From: Octopus vulgaris
Taxonomy: Eukaryota
DNA length: 64,000 nt
Direction: 5' to 3'
NCBI GenBank assembly: GCA_951406725.2
Contig: OX597815.1
Location: 159,712,001-159,776,000 of the forward strand
Positions 52,788-64,000 of this stretch are shown here, in pieces (position 1 is the stretch's first letter; each line of letters begins with the position of its first letter). The translations under genes and the position numbers were made by a program. The notes beneath the pieces are model-generated. The model made no database searches. It was not told where the DNA came from and was given only the letters and a program-made list of their open reading frames with translations.

Positions 52788-53830
52788 GGGCAATTCCACT
52801 GTAACTGATGCAACATTTACAAGAATTTTTTAATATTAATAAATTTTCTGGTATCTTACTTAAGCTAACTGAAATATAATGACCCATGAATACTTTAACT
52901 GCTGTCGCCCATAAATATTGTTACATATGTATTGTAATTTTATGTTTGAACTAGTTTGTCTTAGAGAGAATAAATACTTGCTTAATTGATGCAACGGAAA
53001 AAAGACATGATACCTGACTTGGTGGCACTTATGCTGGAAACCTTGTGCAGAAAATTTACATGTGCAAACAATTTTTATATGTATAAAAAAAAAAAAACTG
53101 AAGTGGTATGAATGTTATACATGCTTTCATATCCAACACTATTATTTAAAACATGCTGTAGCACCTTTGCTAAAATGTAACTGATGCAACATTTCCACCT
53201 AGAAATGTGTAACTGACACAGCACTGAAACTTGGATACCACTTAGTATTCCACATTTTTTTAATCAATCAGGAAAGTGAGGAATTGATCAAAAGGTCAAA
53301 ACACACTCTATGTATTCGAAACATGTGCTGCACTTGAATACAAAGTTCTAAATAGCATTTCTTGAAGCTTATTGCAGCACATGCATAATGTCTTAGATAA
53401 TCGAATCCAGACATTTTGCATGCATTGCAGATAAATGTGGAAGCCCTATAATACTGCAAGCCACTGATCATAATGTGACTGAAATTTCCATGAACAGTGC
53501 ACAACCAGGTACATGTAACTGAAAATATAAAGGACTGTGTATAAGGATAAAATCCTTCCCTTACAGCGTGTCATAATGGTTGCATTTGTTTTAAAGTAAG
53601 TATTTATCAGGATTAGTAAACTAAACTTAAAATGCCAAAATGTAACTGACACTGCAAATTCTAATGGACACAGTAAATTCTGTTTTTGCTGACAAGCAGG
53701 ATGAGCTTCTAAAAAATAACACTGCCAAACTGTTGTTTTACTCTAGTCCTTACTGAAAATGCCACTTTGCAAAATGGAAAGTTAATTTTTTTTCTAGGAT
53801 ACCTACCTTTTTTGTCCCTGCAGTCAAATT
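52788..53830. mobile_element. Probable non-autonomous DNA transposon with subterminal motif repeats
   Basis: Starts GGGCAATTCCAC; TGTAACTGA occurs at 52800, 53176, 53208, 53514 and 53641; no partner TIR found. Confidence 0.4.
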
Positions 53831-53994
53831 GTCATCTTCTAGACTGCATCCAAGATTGCTTCCTGGGTCACATGACTAACCCCATGGAAATTTTTTAAAA
53901 CTTTTTTAATCCTATTGGCTTATGGGCAGATAAAAATGCATAAATTATGGTAGCACTGTTATATTATAATTCTTCAGTTTTTGTCTCCTTGTGT

Positions 53995-54240
53995 GTGGAT
54001 TTGCTCATATGCATTTCTGTCAAAGTGGTGTCAAGAAAATTAATAGCTACAAGATTAATATACACACTACTGTTCTATCTCCTGAAATAATTCAATGAAA
54101 TCAAATTTAAATCTATCCTGCTTATGACTCACACCACTTTTCAATAGAACTAAGCTATCATTGTGGTATAAATCATAATCTTTTTCTGTCACTTTCATTC
54201 TCAATAAATCTAGAATATATAGCCCTATAATTCTGTTCAT
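53995..54240 (-). pseudogene. Penelope-like element RT fragment (catalytic region)
   Basis: IIGLYILDLL..DLYHNDSLVLLK..DRFKFDFIELFQEI, then after a frameshift INLVAINFLDTTL. Decayed GLYIL, GLYRDDGL and VNFLDVTL motifs. Confidence 0.75.
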
Positions 54241-54359
54241 AAATGAAGTCCCAAGTTTGATCCCACTGTGTGGCATCTTTGGCAAATGTCTTTTATTTAT
54301 TATAACCTTGACTTGATTCAAGCCCATGAGTGATATTAGAAAAAAAACCCAGAAAAGTT

Positions 54360-54603
54360 ACCTTCTTGAGTCATTTGCGACTCATAAGAGCCAGTTTACC
54401 AGTTTCGTGGCATATATTTTCCCCACCTGGACAGGACGCTGATCCCTCACAGGATTACTCATTTTTGCCTGCTGAGTGAACTGGAGCAATGTGAAATGAA
54501 GTGTTTTGCTCAAAAGCACAATGTGTCCCCTGGTCCAGGAATTGAAACCACAATCTTATGATCATGAGTCCAATACCCTAACCACTATGCCACATGCCTC
54601 CAC
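54360..54603 (-). mobile_element. Family D tRNA-derived SINE
   Basis: Minus strand has tRNA-like head tggcatagtggttagg..ggtttcaattcc, core ttgagcaaaacacttc and ttcactcagc..aaaatgagta; an inverted copy lies at 55160-55385. Confidence 0.8.
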
Positions 54604-54780
54604 ATGAGTAGCATTGGGTGGATAGAAACTATTAGAGGCTGTTGGATGCATTGTATCAGTAATTTAAATGTCCTTGTTTGTTAGATATTGTTTCATGTTC
54701 ATTCTGTCTCAGAGTTGTACTATAAGTACATGTATCTGTGGAATACTCAGCCACTTATTTGCTAATTCAGTGAGTAGATA

Positions 54781-55750
54781 CCATATTTTCTGGCATCCAA
54801 GTTGGTGTTGTATACAGTGTTAACATTCAGACATGGTCACTATGTTTCTAAATCCAGCCATATTTCACATGAAATTTCTGCTCCTCCAAAATCATCTTGG
54901 TGTATAAGTCGACCTTCCATTTTTTGGCTGTAAATTTTGGTCTGAAAATTTCAATTTGTATGCTGGAAAATAAGGTGCATAGTCTTGTGCATATTGTCTT
55001 GGGTAGGGGTATAGAATCTAGTGTATATAATCTAGTGTATATTGTATTCTTGTGTATATAATCATGGATGCAGATATAAATTCTATAAATTCTCATCTTG
55101 CATTCATCTCTTGAAACATGTATGCCACATTATCTAGCATACATGTTGGCATAGTATAGTGAAGGAACATGGCTTAGTTGTTAAGGTGTTAGACACATGA
55201 TCATAAGATAGTGGTTTCAATTCCTGTATTGGGTGATGTGTTGCGTTCATGAGCAAAACACTTCATTTCACATTGTTCCAGTTTACTCAGCTGAGAAAAA
55301 TGAGTAATCCTGCAAAGGACCAGCATCCCATCCAGGTGGAGAATATATACGCCATGGAAACTGGGAAACCAGCCCTTATGAGTTAGGTCCCAAAGAATAT
55401 CTACTTAATAGTCTCCAACAGGGGATCAGTCACATATGAACTCCTGCAGCTTTGAGCTGACAAAATGTTTGGGCAGAGAACAGCACTATTATTCCATGCT
55501 CAAAATTCAGTGCTATTCATGGGTGAATGCTCAGTGCATTCTTAGATAATCGAATCCAGACATTTTGCCTGCATTGCAGGTAACTGTGGAAGCCCTATAA
55601 CACTGCAAGCCACTGATTGTAATATGACTTTTTTTTTGGCATAATAATATAGAGTAAACATGTTGCATAAACATTCAAACAGCGTCACTATCTTTCCAAA
55701 TCCTGCTGCATTTCACATGAAATTTTTGACTTCTATGCTGGAAAATATGG
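54781..55750. mobile_element. pogo-type MITE with nested insertions
   Basis: TA|ccatattttctggcatccaagt ... gacttctatgctggaaaatatgg|TA; internal tataagtcgacc motif and a further TIR-like end at about 54975. Confidence 0.62.
55160..55385 (+). mobile_element. Family D SINE
   Basis: Reverse complement of 54375-54603. Confidence 0.8.
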
Positions 55751-55864
55751 TAGTTCAGTTAACTGAACAACTGAACATTTGTTGTTGAAACTGACAGAGT
55801 CCCATACACTTAGTTATGTATGTGTATATATGTGATTTTGTTTATTTGCATTATTAATTGGCTG

Positions 55865-56205
55865 CGCTATTGTTCAGCAGTTAGAGCATCAAGCTCACAA
55901 TCATGAGTTTGTAAGTTTAGTTCTTGAGCCGAGCTGTGTGTCATTTTCTTGAGCAAGACACTTTATTTCACATTTTGCTCCAATTCACTCAGCTGTAGAA
56001 ATGAGTTGCAACGTCACTGTGCCAGGCTGTATTAGCCTTTGCCTTTCCCTTGGACAACATTAATGGCATGGAGAGGGGAAGCTGGGATGCATGGGTGACA
56101 GTTGGTCTTCTGTAAACAACCTTGCCCAGACTTGTGCCTTGGAGGGTAACTCTCTAGGTGCAGTCCCATGGTCTTTCATAACCGAAGTGGAGTCTGTACC
56201 CATTT
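55865..56205 (+). mobile_element. Family D-related SINE with a different 3' half
   Basis: Head and core ttcttgagcaagacactttatttcac shared with 62770-62885. Confidence 0.65.
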
Positions 56206-56334
56206 CACTTATGTTTGATTCATCACAATTTAGATAATATACTCTGGTATAGAATAAAGAGTGAAGACTGGCAAAATACATAGAGAGAGGGGATAAAAAA
56301 AAACCACATTATTTAGCTATGCTTTTTCTATTAT

Positions 56335-56735
56335 TTTTTTACTTGTTTCAGACACTTGACTGCGGCCATGCTGGGGCACCACCTTGAATTTTTAGTTAAA
56401 TGAATCAACCTCAGTATGTTTTTTTGTAAGAAGTGGTACTTATTCTATCAATCTGTTTTGCCAAACCACCAAGTTACAGGGACACAAACACACCAATACC
56501 AGTTATCAAGCAATGGTGGTGGGAGCAGACACAGACACCCATATAGATATATATACATATGTATATATATACAATGGGCTTCTTCCAGTTTCTGTCTACC
56601 AAATCCACTTACAAGGCTTTGGTTGGCCCATGGCTACTGTAGAAGACACTTTCCCAAGGTGCCATGTAGTAGACTGAATCCAAAACCATGTTATTGGGAA
56701 GCAGGCATCTTAGCACAGAACCATGTCTGTGCCTA
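56335..56735 (-). mobile_element. Family A SINE, full length
   Basis: Colinear with 32273-32668. Confidence 0.85.
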
Positions 56736-57127
56736 TGCTTGTTTATGTTTGAAATTCTGCCCTGTTAGAGTTTGCTTTTATTCTTGTCTCCAAGTCCTGG
56801 CATACATAGAACCTGTTGTCCATTTTCCATTCTGCATAAGTGTCTGGTCACATCATTTGCTCTGGGTGGGATGCCAGTCTCTTGCAAGGTTACTCATTTA
56901 CAGCTGAATTGGGGTTGAACAACATGAAGTAAAGTATTTTGCTTTAATGCACAACACACTGCCTGGTTTGGAAATCATATAACTATGAGTGCAATACTCT
57001 AGCCTCTAGGACATATGCCTTCTTTAGTTCCTGTAGGGTCAACAAAACAGTTAGTGGTTATATATTTCTAAACCAATAAAAATCAATTACAAACCCCCCT
57101 TTGCATTGTAAATGTTGTTGCTTCATA

Positions 57128-58503
57128 CCGGGATTTTCTGAAAATCCGTCCAGAGCTGTTAAACAGAAAATTCTATTTTATAAAACTGTTTTTCGGCTTA
57201 AATGACCACCCACTTATAATAAGCACTCATGGGCAGTAATATGGAAGTAAAATATTTCACCTAGGAAAAACAAAGATATTCTCAAAAACCATATTTATTT
57301 TATACAATTCCATTGAACTTGTATCGTTTCAGTTATCAGATACATAGACATAAAGAAACTGAAACATCCTTAAAAGAAGTAGCATAATAAAAAAAATATT
57401 CTGAAGTTTACTATGGATCTATTAGGAAATATTGAAAATTAAACTGTTGAAAACATGAATAGAAGCCTCATATGAACAAATAATGTCCTTGTGTATTTAT
57501 GGTAGAATAATAACCAAATAGTTTCAAGTTAAATACCACAAATTTCTTCATTTGTTGCTTGGCCATAATTCACATCAGAGCTAATTTCACTTACTTGTAT
57601 CTCATCTTCTTCAATTTTGTCATTATGTGCATCTGGCGCATTTACCTCAAGGCCAGACAAAACATCCTGTAAGCATGAGTTTAAGAGGCTATGTTCTAGT
57701 CTGTCCATGAGGAGCAATTCTACGACATTCAAAAGCACGCTTTATAGTTTCTTTATTTAAAGTGGCAACAGCTTGGGTCACAAAGTTCACTATCTCTTGA
57801 TAAGAAGATTTTGTGCGATATCCTTTATTTGAATAATCCTTTTTGCCATTTGAAAACCAATTCTCCCATTCAGCATAAAGGGCTTTCTTGAAAGGACCAA
57901 TAATTGATACATCTAACAGCTGCAAGTAAGATGTTGTTTTAGGAGGTATAAGTTTGTGAATTGTATTCCTAGATTTGAACACTTCTAGGATCTCTTGTTT
58001 TCTTATGCACTGAGCATTCATCCATGAATAGCACTGAATTTTGAGCATGGAATAATTGTGCTGTTCTCTGCCCAAACACTCTGTCAGCTCACAGCTGCAG
58101 GAGTTCATATGTGACTGATCCCTTGTTGAAAACTGTTAAGTAAATATTCTTTGAGACCTTGATTTTAGGTACGTTTTTCAATCCTTTAAGGATAATCATT
58201 GTTTTCAACACCTTTCCTGCAGCATAAGCATGCAACACAACAGTAAAATGAGCTTTGGTAGCACCACAGTGGCTGGCATCTACATTTTTATTGCCAACAC
58301 AGTCTATAGAGGTAATCAATCAAATGGTGTTACATTACTCCTCCGACGAAATAAGGCTAGCACTGAACAGAGCAAATAAATGTCTAAACAGAATGCAAAC
58401 AAGAACACCAACTCTGTTTCAACTTTTAACCACAAATAACTGCCCATCCAAATAAATGCCCATGAGTGATCTAATAGATGGGCAGATTTTCAGAAAACCC
58501 TGT
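57128..58503 (-). mobile_element. pogo/Tigger-type DNA transposon, internally deleted (DDE region only)
   Basis: TIRs TA|ccgggattttctgaaaatccgtcc / gggcagattttcagaaaaccctgt|TA; fragments KAHFTVVLHAYAAGKVLKTMIILKG and LIPPKTTSYLQLLDVSIIGPFKKAL. Confidence 0.9.
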
Positions 58504-59098
58504 TACCAAAGCAAATGCCACTAAGAAATAGTAGTAAGTGTTGCTGTGTAGCTCCAGATCAGCTTTAATCAAGGCAAACCATGTTGGAAGGTTTTCCAGA
58601 CATGACCATCCCACCTTTTTTTTTTCCTGATTTCTTTCAAGAGAGGATAGTGTAAGTGGAAGGAAATTTGGCTTCTATTTCTAGCTGGTCTAATGACCAT
58701 GTAGAGGTTCCCTTCATAGCTTGTATTAGAAATTGAGATTTTGTTAATACATAGTCTTTTTTTTTGTTGTTGTTGTATATACATTAGAAATTTGATTACA
58801 TTTATAGCTGTTGACTTTACATCAACATTCTACTTTATGCTTAGTAACTGATTAATAAAGATAAAAAGCCAAAACAAAAATATGCTAATGACAGAATATC
58901 AGAATACAAGACACAGCAACATGTATGGCATAAACATCTATTGTGAATTCATTAATTTACAACAGAAAAAAATTATTTAAAAAAGTAAACCATACAAATT
59001 ATGATTTTTTCTTGTGATTTTTTTGTGCATTTCGTGATGTAATATTGATAAAGATTAGATTCTCAGCATCTTTATTTTCTGTTATTATTATTATTATT

Positions 59099-59362
59099 AA
59101 AGTGCCCATGTGGGGTCACATAAAAGCACCCATGTGGTGCCACATAAAAGTGCCCTTGCAGTTCCACATTAAAGTGTCCATGCAGTGTCACATTAAAGTG
59201 CCTCTGTAGTGCAACATAAAAGTACCCATGTGGTGTAACATAAAAGCGCCCATGCGGTGTCACATAAAAGTGCCCATGCAGTTCCACATTAAAGTGCCTC
59301 TGCAGTGCCACATAAAAGTGCCCATGCCATACCACATAAAAGTGCCTGTGCTGTGTCATGTA
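59099..59362 (+). repeat. 24-bp minisatellite x11 forming the 5' end of a family C copy
   Basis: Unit aaagtgcccatgcagtgccacata with variants, running in phase into aaagcactcagcacactc..taggaagggcatccagc. Confidence 0.9.
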
Positions 59363-59838
59363 AAAGCACTCAGCACACTCTGTAAAATGATTGACATTAG
59401 GAAGGGCATCCAGCCATAGAAACCATGCCAAGTCAGACTGGATTCTGGTACAACTCCCCAGCTTGCCATCTCTGGTCAAACTGTCGAAGCCATACCGGCA
59501 TGGACAACAGATGTTAAATGATGATAATGATAATGATGATGATAATTATTATTATTTCAAGTTTCACTTGAAAAGGAAAGTGAGGATAGAGAGAGGAGTG
59601 CTGCCCTAAGCACCAACCGATCGTGGCCGTTTGCCAGCCTCCTCTGGACCCTGTGCTGGTGGCACGTAAAAAACACCCATTACACTCACAGACTGGTTGG
59701 CATTAGGAAGGGCATCCAGCTGTAGAAACACTGCCAGATCAGACTGGAGCCTGGTGCAGCCTCCTGGCTTCCCAGACCCCAGTCAAACCATCCAACCCAT
59801 GCTAGCATAGAAAACAGACATTAAACAATGATGATGAT
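59363..59838 (+). mobile_element. Two family C retroposons (59363-59545, 59610-59838)
   Basis: Body and (GAT)n tails. Confidence 0.85.
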
Positions 59839-60104
59839 GTGGGTAAATGTAGCAAGAATGGTCTGAGTGAACGGGCTTACTTTAAACATGTGCCTGTAGA
59901 CGATGTGGAAAGGGCACTCACCCTAATGGTCAAGGTCTCTGTGCTTTTGTGGTGTTTACATGAGCAGTCCTAAGTAGTCTCTCTCTTTTTGGAGGAATTA
60001 TTCTTTGTTAAAATTCATATTTTTGTAATTTTTTTTCCTTTTTTCACACCCTTCATGTAATTCTCACATTGTATTTTCCTACACTGTCTAGTGCACTAGG
60101 CAAG

Positions 60105-60299
60105 TTACTTAGCAGAATTTCATTCATCTTTACATTTTGAGTTCAAATTCTTTGATTTTCATCCTTTCAGGGTCAATAAAATAAATACCTGTCAAACACT
60201 GGGATTGATGTAGTCGACTTTTTCCCTGCCCTGAAATTGATGACCTTGTGCCAAAATTTGAAACCATTATTATAATTATTATTATTATCATCATCATCA

Positions 60300-60364
<65 letters not shown>
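60105..60364 (+). mobile_element. Family B SINE with expanded (ATT)n tail
   Basis: gagttcaaattc..ttttcatcctttcagggtcaataaa..ccttgtgccaaaatttgaaacc then (att/atc)n. Confidence 0.78.
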
Positions 60365-60367
<3 letters not shown>

Positions 60368-60848
60368 TCAGCCTTAGCGAAGGCGGGGGTATTGTTTTCG
60401 GTTGTGTTTGTTTGTGAGTTTGTCTATGGACAAGATATCTCAAGAACCACTGGATGGATTCAGATGAAACTTTCAGGAATGTTTGGCCTTGTGACTGATA
60501 TGAACTAACTGATTAGATTTTGGGATCGGGTTGAGGATTCTGGATTATTTTTTATATTTTCTTTACATGCATATGTAAAGTTTCACATAGTTCTCTTGTA
60601 CACACACACATACACACATATATTCACACGTTTTCAGTGCTGAATATTACCATCCCATTTCCATTGTACAAGGTATATGGATTATTTTTCCATTTGAGAG
60701 TGATCAAGTTCATTTTTAGTATTCTTGTTTGTGAGAGCAGTCGATTTTATTTCAGATATTCTCATTTAAAAAAATCATCTCTGGTTAATTGTCAAGAGGA
60801 TGTTGGTGTTGCAGTGGAAGAGGTTTGCACTCCCTGAGTGCTCTTGTT
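60363..60848 (+). mobile_element. Helentron-associated (DINE-1/HINE-like) non-autonomous element
   Basis: 5' ttacctcagcc..aggcgggggtattgttttc, (tttg)n, ggatggattcagatgaaactt; 3' subterminal ggaagaggt plus palindrome gcactc-cct-gagtgc ending at TT. Confidence 0.7.
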
Positions 60849-60888
60849 GTTGTTATTATTATTATCATTATTATTATTATTATTATTA

Positions 60889-61817
60889 CTTTTTTTTTTC
60901 TTCTTTCAAATTTTCTTCCATTTCTTGCCGAGTGTCTTCCCGACTCCTAGGGCAAAGAAACTCATAGTGTATATTGGTAGGCCATTAAACCAAACTCAGT
61001 AGTTCGTTAATTTTTTTTTTTTTTTTTTTAAAGTTAAATTAAAATACATGAGCAACAACAGTTCTCACATCGACAATGCTCTTCTCAATACGTGTGATGT
61101 ACCAGTTAAGACAATCTTTTGCACTTCTTGCAGGGATGGTAAGCCAGGGATCATTCTCACATATTTGCCGTGCAGAGGTTTCTCCTCCCACCTATCAGCC
61201 AATTGCTCGTGCGCTTTTTTCATTGCCATCATTTTCACCTTCTTTGCAACAATAGTTGCCGTACTTCCCTCGGGTTGTTCAGTTTGGGTATCCTGCACAA
61301 GATCAATAGCAAATTTTTTGCTTTCCTTTATGATAGAATGAAGCTTCTTTCGTCTCTCGTGATTTTCCACGAGCTTTAGCATCCAGTCATTCGATATTTC
61401 GAGATATTTGGCCAGTCCAATTGTGGTTGTTTTGTAAGCTAGTTCAAATTGGATCAGGCCTCGACCTCCTTGGGCTCTGGGAAGGTAAAGGCGATCTACG
61501 TCTGCCTTTGGGTGGTGCATCCTATTACAACTCAGCAACTTGCGTATTTTTCTATCTATATTCTTTACTTCACTCATATTCCAGTTCAACACATTGTAGC
61601 TATAAGTAACAACTGGAACTGCTAAGGAATTTATAGCTAACACCTTGTTACGTGCATTTAGTTCAGATTTCAGGACTGCACGAACTCTCCTATAACATTC
61701 CTTCCTGATTTTCTCTTTCATGCTTGCATGCTGAATACCAGAGCCTTCATTTATCCCTAAATATTTGTATGTTTGTTCTTGCTCAAGCTCTCTTATGACT
61801 GTGTCAACATCTAACAC

Positions 61818-61818
<1 letters not shown>
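60889..61818 (-). mobile_element. R4/Dong-clade non-LTR retrotransposon, 5'-truncated and internally deleted, within (TAA)n
   Basis: YKYLGINE, LKSELNARNKVLAINSLAVPVVTYS, DRKIRKLL..HHPKADVDRLYLPRAQGGRGL, KPLHGKY joined directly to C-terminal QKIVLTGTSHVLRRAL*; (TAA)n on both flanks. Confidence 0.88.
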
Positions 61819-61879
<61 letters not shown>

Positions 61880-61886
61880 CATTGTT

Positions 61887-62272
61887 AAGGTGGCGAGCTG
61901 GCAGGATCGTTAGCATGTTGGATGAAATGCTTAGCAATATTTCGCCCATTGCTTCATTCTAAGTTCAAGTTCTGCCAAGGTTGATTTTGCTTTTCATCCT
62001 TTCAGGCTCAATTAAATAAGTACCAGTTACTCAGTGGGATCAATGTAATTGACTTAATTCTCTCCCACAAGCTCCCTTGTGGCAAAATTTGAAATCGTCA
62101 TCATCATCATCATTATTATTATTATCATTATTATATTCAAATGCCACCAGGTTCAGCTTCGCTTTTCATCCTTTTGGGGTTGATAAATTAAGTACCAGTT
62201 ATGCACTGGGGTCAATGTAATTGACTGGTCTCCTCCCCCAAAATTTCAGGCCTTGTACCTATAGGAGAAAGG

Positions 62273-62311
<39 letters not shown>
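61887..62311 (+). mobile_element. Two family B SINEs with different tails, in (ATT)n
   Basis: 61887-62097 ends ggcaaaatttgaaatc; 62135-62273 ends ggccttgtacctataggagaaagg(att)n. Confidence 0.8.
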
Positions 62312-62313
<2 letters not shown>

Positions 62314-62769
62314 GCACTTGATGAAAAACAAAATTAAAGAAATAATATAGGAAAAATATTAAAAAGAAACTGTTGTTTATCTGCATGTGTTAGTCACTAG
62401 TCGACTGGATTGTCATTGTGTCAGTAACCCATTGAGATGAATTAATTCATTAACATAGTATTATTCACTTGATGGTACATTAATGGTTCAAAGAGAATTG
62501 CATTTTGTTTGAGTGTATTGAGAGATAGATGACAAGGTTGGCTGCTGTTTACTGTGTATGCTGTAATTGGTTGGTACAAAAAAAAAATTACCATGTCTTC
62601 AAGATTTTCTATAAGGTCACAGAGGATGATAGCAGGTGGTTATTCAGTAAATAGTTTTGTAACACTAAACCTCTCCTTACGTGAGGGTTCTTTATTTTAA
62701 TTTTTACTTTTTGCTTTGCATTTATTTTTTTGTTCCTCTCTACTCCATTATACCATTATTACCATGACT

Positions 62770-62885
62770 GTGAAGGTGCATGTCCCAGTGGTTAGAGTGT
62801 CAGGCTCACAATCACGCGGTAGTGAGTTCGATTCCCCAACCGAGCTGTGTGTTGTGTTCTTGAGCAAGACACTTTATATTATTTA
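62770..62885 (+). mobile_element. tRNA-derived SINE head (family D-related)
   Basis: A-box-like cagtggttagag and B-box gagttcgattcc followed by the SINE core ttcttgagcaagacac. Confidence 0.7.
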
Positions 62886-63479
62886 CATTATTTACATTGG
62901 ACATATATACCCATGGACATACAGCATAATGGTTAAGAATGTGGGCTACTAGCCCCAAGACTGTGAATTCAATAATTATATCAGCAAAACTTAGGAATGA
63001 GAACCTAGGGTGATATCTTGTGATATGTTCTGAGTTCAAATCCTCCTTCAGTTATCTTGCCTTATCATTTCTCCTATGTTATAAAAGTAGGTTTAAAGCA
63101 GCATTAAAACCTTTTATTCAGTGAGAGGGCACACATTGTTAAATTGAACTACTCTAACCTGTCAATTTAAACTGATTATTTGAGAAACCAAATTAAACTG
63201 GTTTAATTCATCAAAAACTTACCTCTCTTCTATCCACCTTACAAACAACATAACAACATAGTCATTCCAGAGTTAAACTCTTTTGGCATGCAACTTGATC
63301 TGATATTGTGTTTTGGGAGTAAAACAATTGCTTTATTTTGCATTTAAGTTGTCAGTAAAAATGCACTTAAACTGTTATGTTCACATTTACTACATTATCA
63401 TTTTCTTTTACTATATGTATATATGTATGTATTGATTGTCAGAAAATCATAAATCCAAAAGAGAAGCACACTCTACTGT

Positions 63480-63537
<58 letters not shown>

Positions 63538-64000
63538 ATGTTGGTATGAAAGTTTCTACTTCATTTTATCTTCAGTATAAAAATAGTCATTATATTTCAA
63601 GAAAGGTGATATGCCTGTGATTCCCTAACTTACCCTGCCAAATATCTATATAAAAAAGATATTCCTTTGTATCATTCTATACTGTTTCATATGTCTTTCA
63701 TTTCTGTTTTTTTTTTTATTTTGTTTTTTTCTTGTTGCACATCAAGTGAGAAGTATAAAACCATTAACCTTGTAAAAGTTTCCATTTCTAAGTAGCTATA
63801 TAGATTAATTTTTGCCTTCCTTGCCTTGTTTCTATATCTATAAAGATCAGCATTCCAGCCATCTCATTCTTTTCAGATGATGTCAAATAGAAAGCAAAAA
63901 AAATGATAATAATAATAATAATAATAATAATGAAAAGAAAATCAATGACAACTTGATGGCTTCGTATCTCTATTTGCTGAAATCTTTATTCATCAATAGC

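Noticed and set aside
60900-60920. 11-mer aaaatttgaaa shared by the Dong 3' end and a family B SINE tail
   Set aside because: The match is short and AT-rich, and the SINE tail is (ATT)n whereas Dong is followed by (TAA)n on the sense strand
61819-61949. N-terminal extension of the 294-aa ORF (MGEILL...poly-N)
   Set aside because: It is read-through from an antisense SINE head and (AAT)n into the Dong remnant, not a real start
62770-62845. Possible tRNA gene
   Set aside because: A and B boxes run straight into a SINE core, with no complete cloverleaf or terminator

Overview
Eukaryotic, AT-rich, repeat-saturated non-coding DNA. From the recognisable SINE families and microsatellite load it is most likely an octopus (coleoid cephalopod) intron or intergenic region; this is an inference, not a database result. 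I found no convincing host protein-coding gene, and almost all ORFs in the track are translations of microsatellites or SINEs. Real protein-coding remnants all belong to transposons: a young 5'-truncated CR1-group LINE (17063-19517, one frameshift), an R4/Dong-type LINE inside (TAA)n (60889-61818), RTE and CR1 fragments, two decayed Tc1 elements plus a fragment, an internally deleted pogo element, and several Penelope-like element (PLE) relics. Non-autonomous elements include piggyBac-, hAT-, mariner-, pogo-, Helitron- and Helentron-type MITEs and at least four SINE families. The most notable signal is a set of minimal type I hammerhead-ribozyme motifs in several unrelated PLE-type termini: one with a fully canonical core (41992-42050), one with an apparent compensatory U3-A8 core (8705-8750), and U4C variants (50187-50224, 47727-47770). 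Other points of interest are long fold-back hairpins, a 2.4-kb SINE-derived tandem array with an inverted partner copy, and two MITEs that contain copies of nearby DNA. Coordinates of decayed repeats are approximate (about +/-10 bp).
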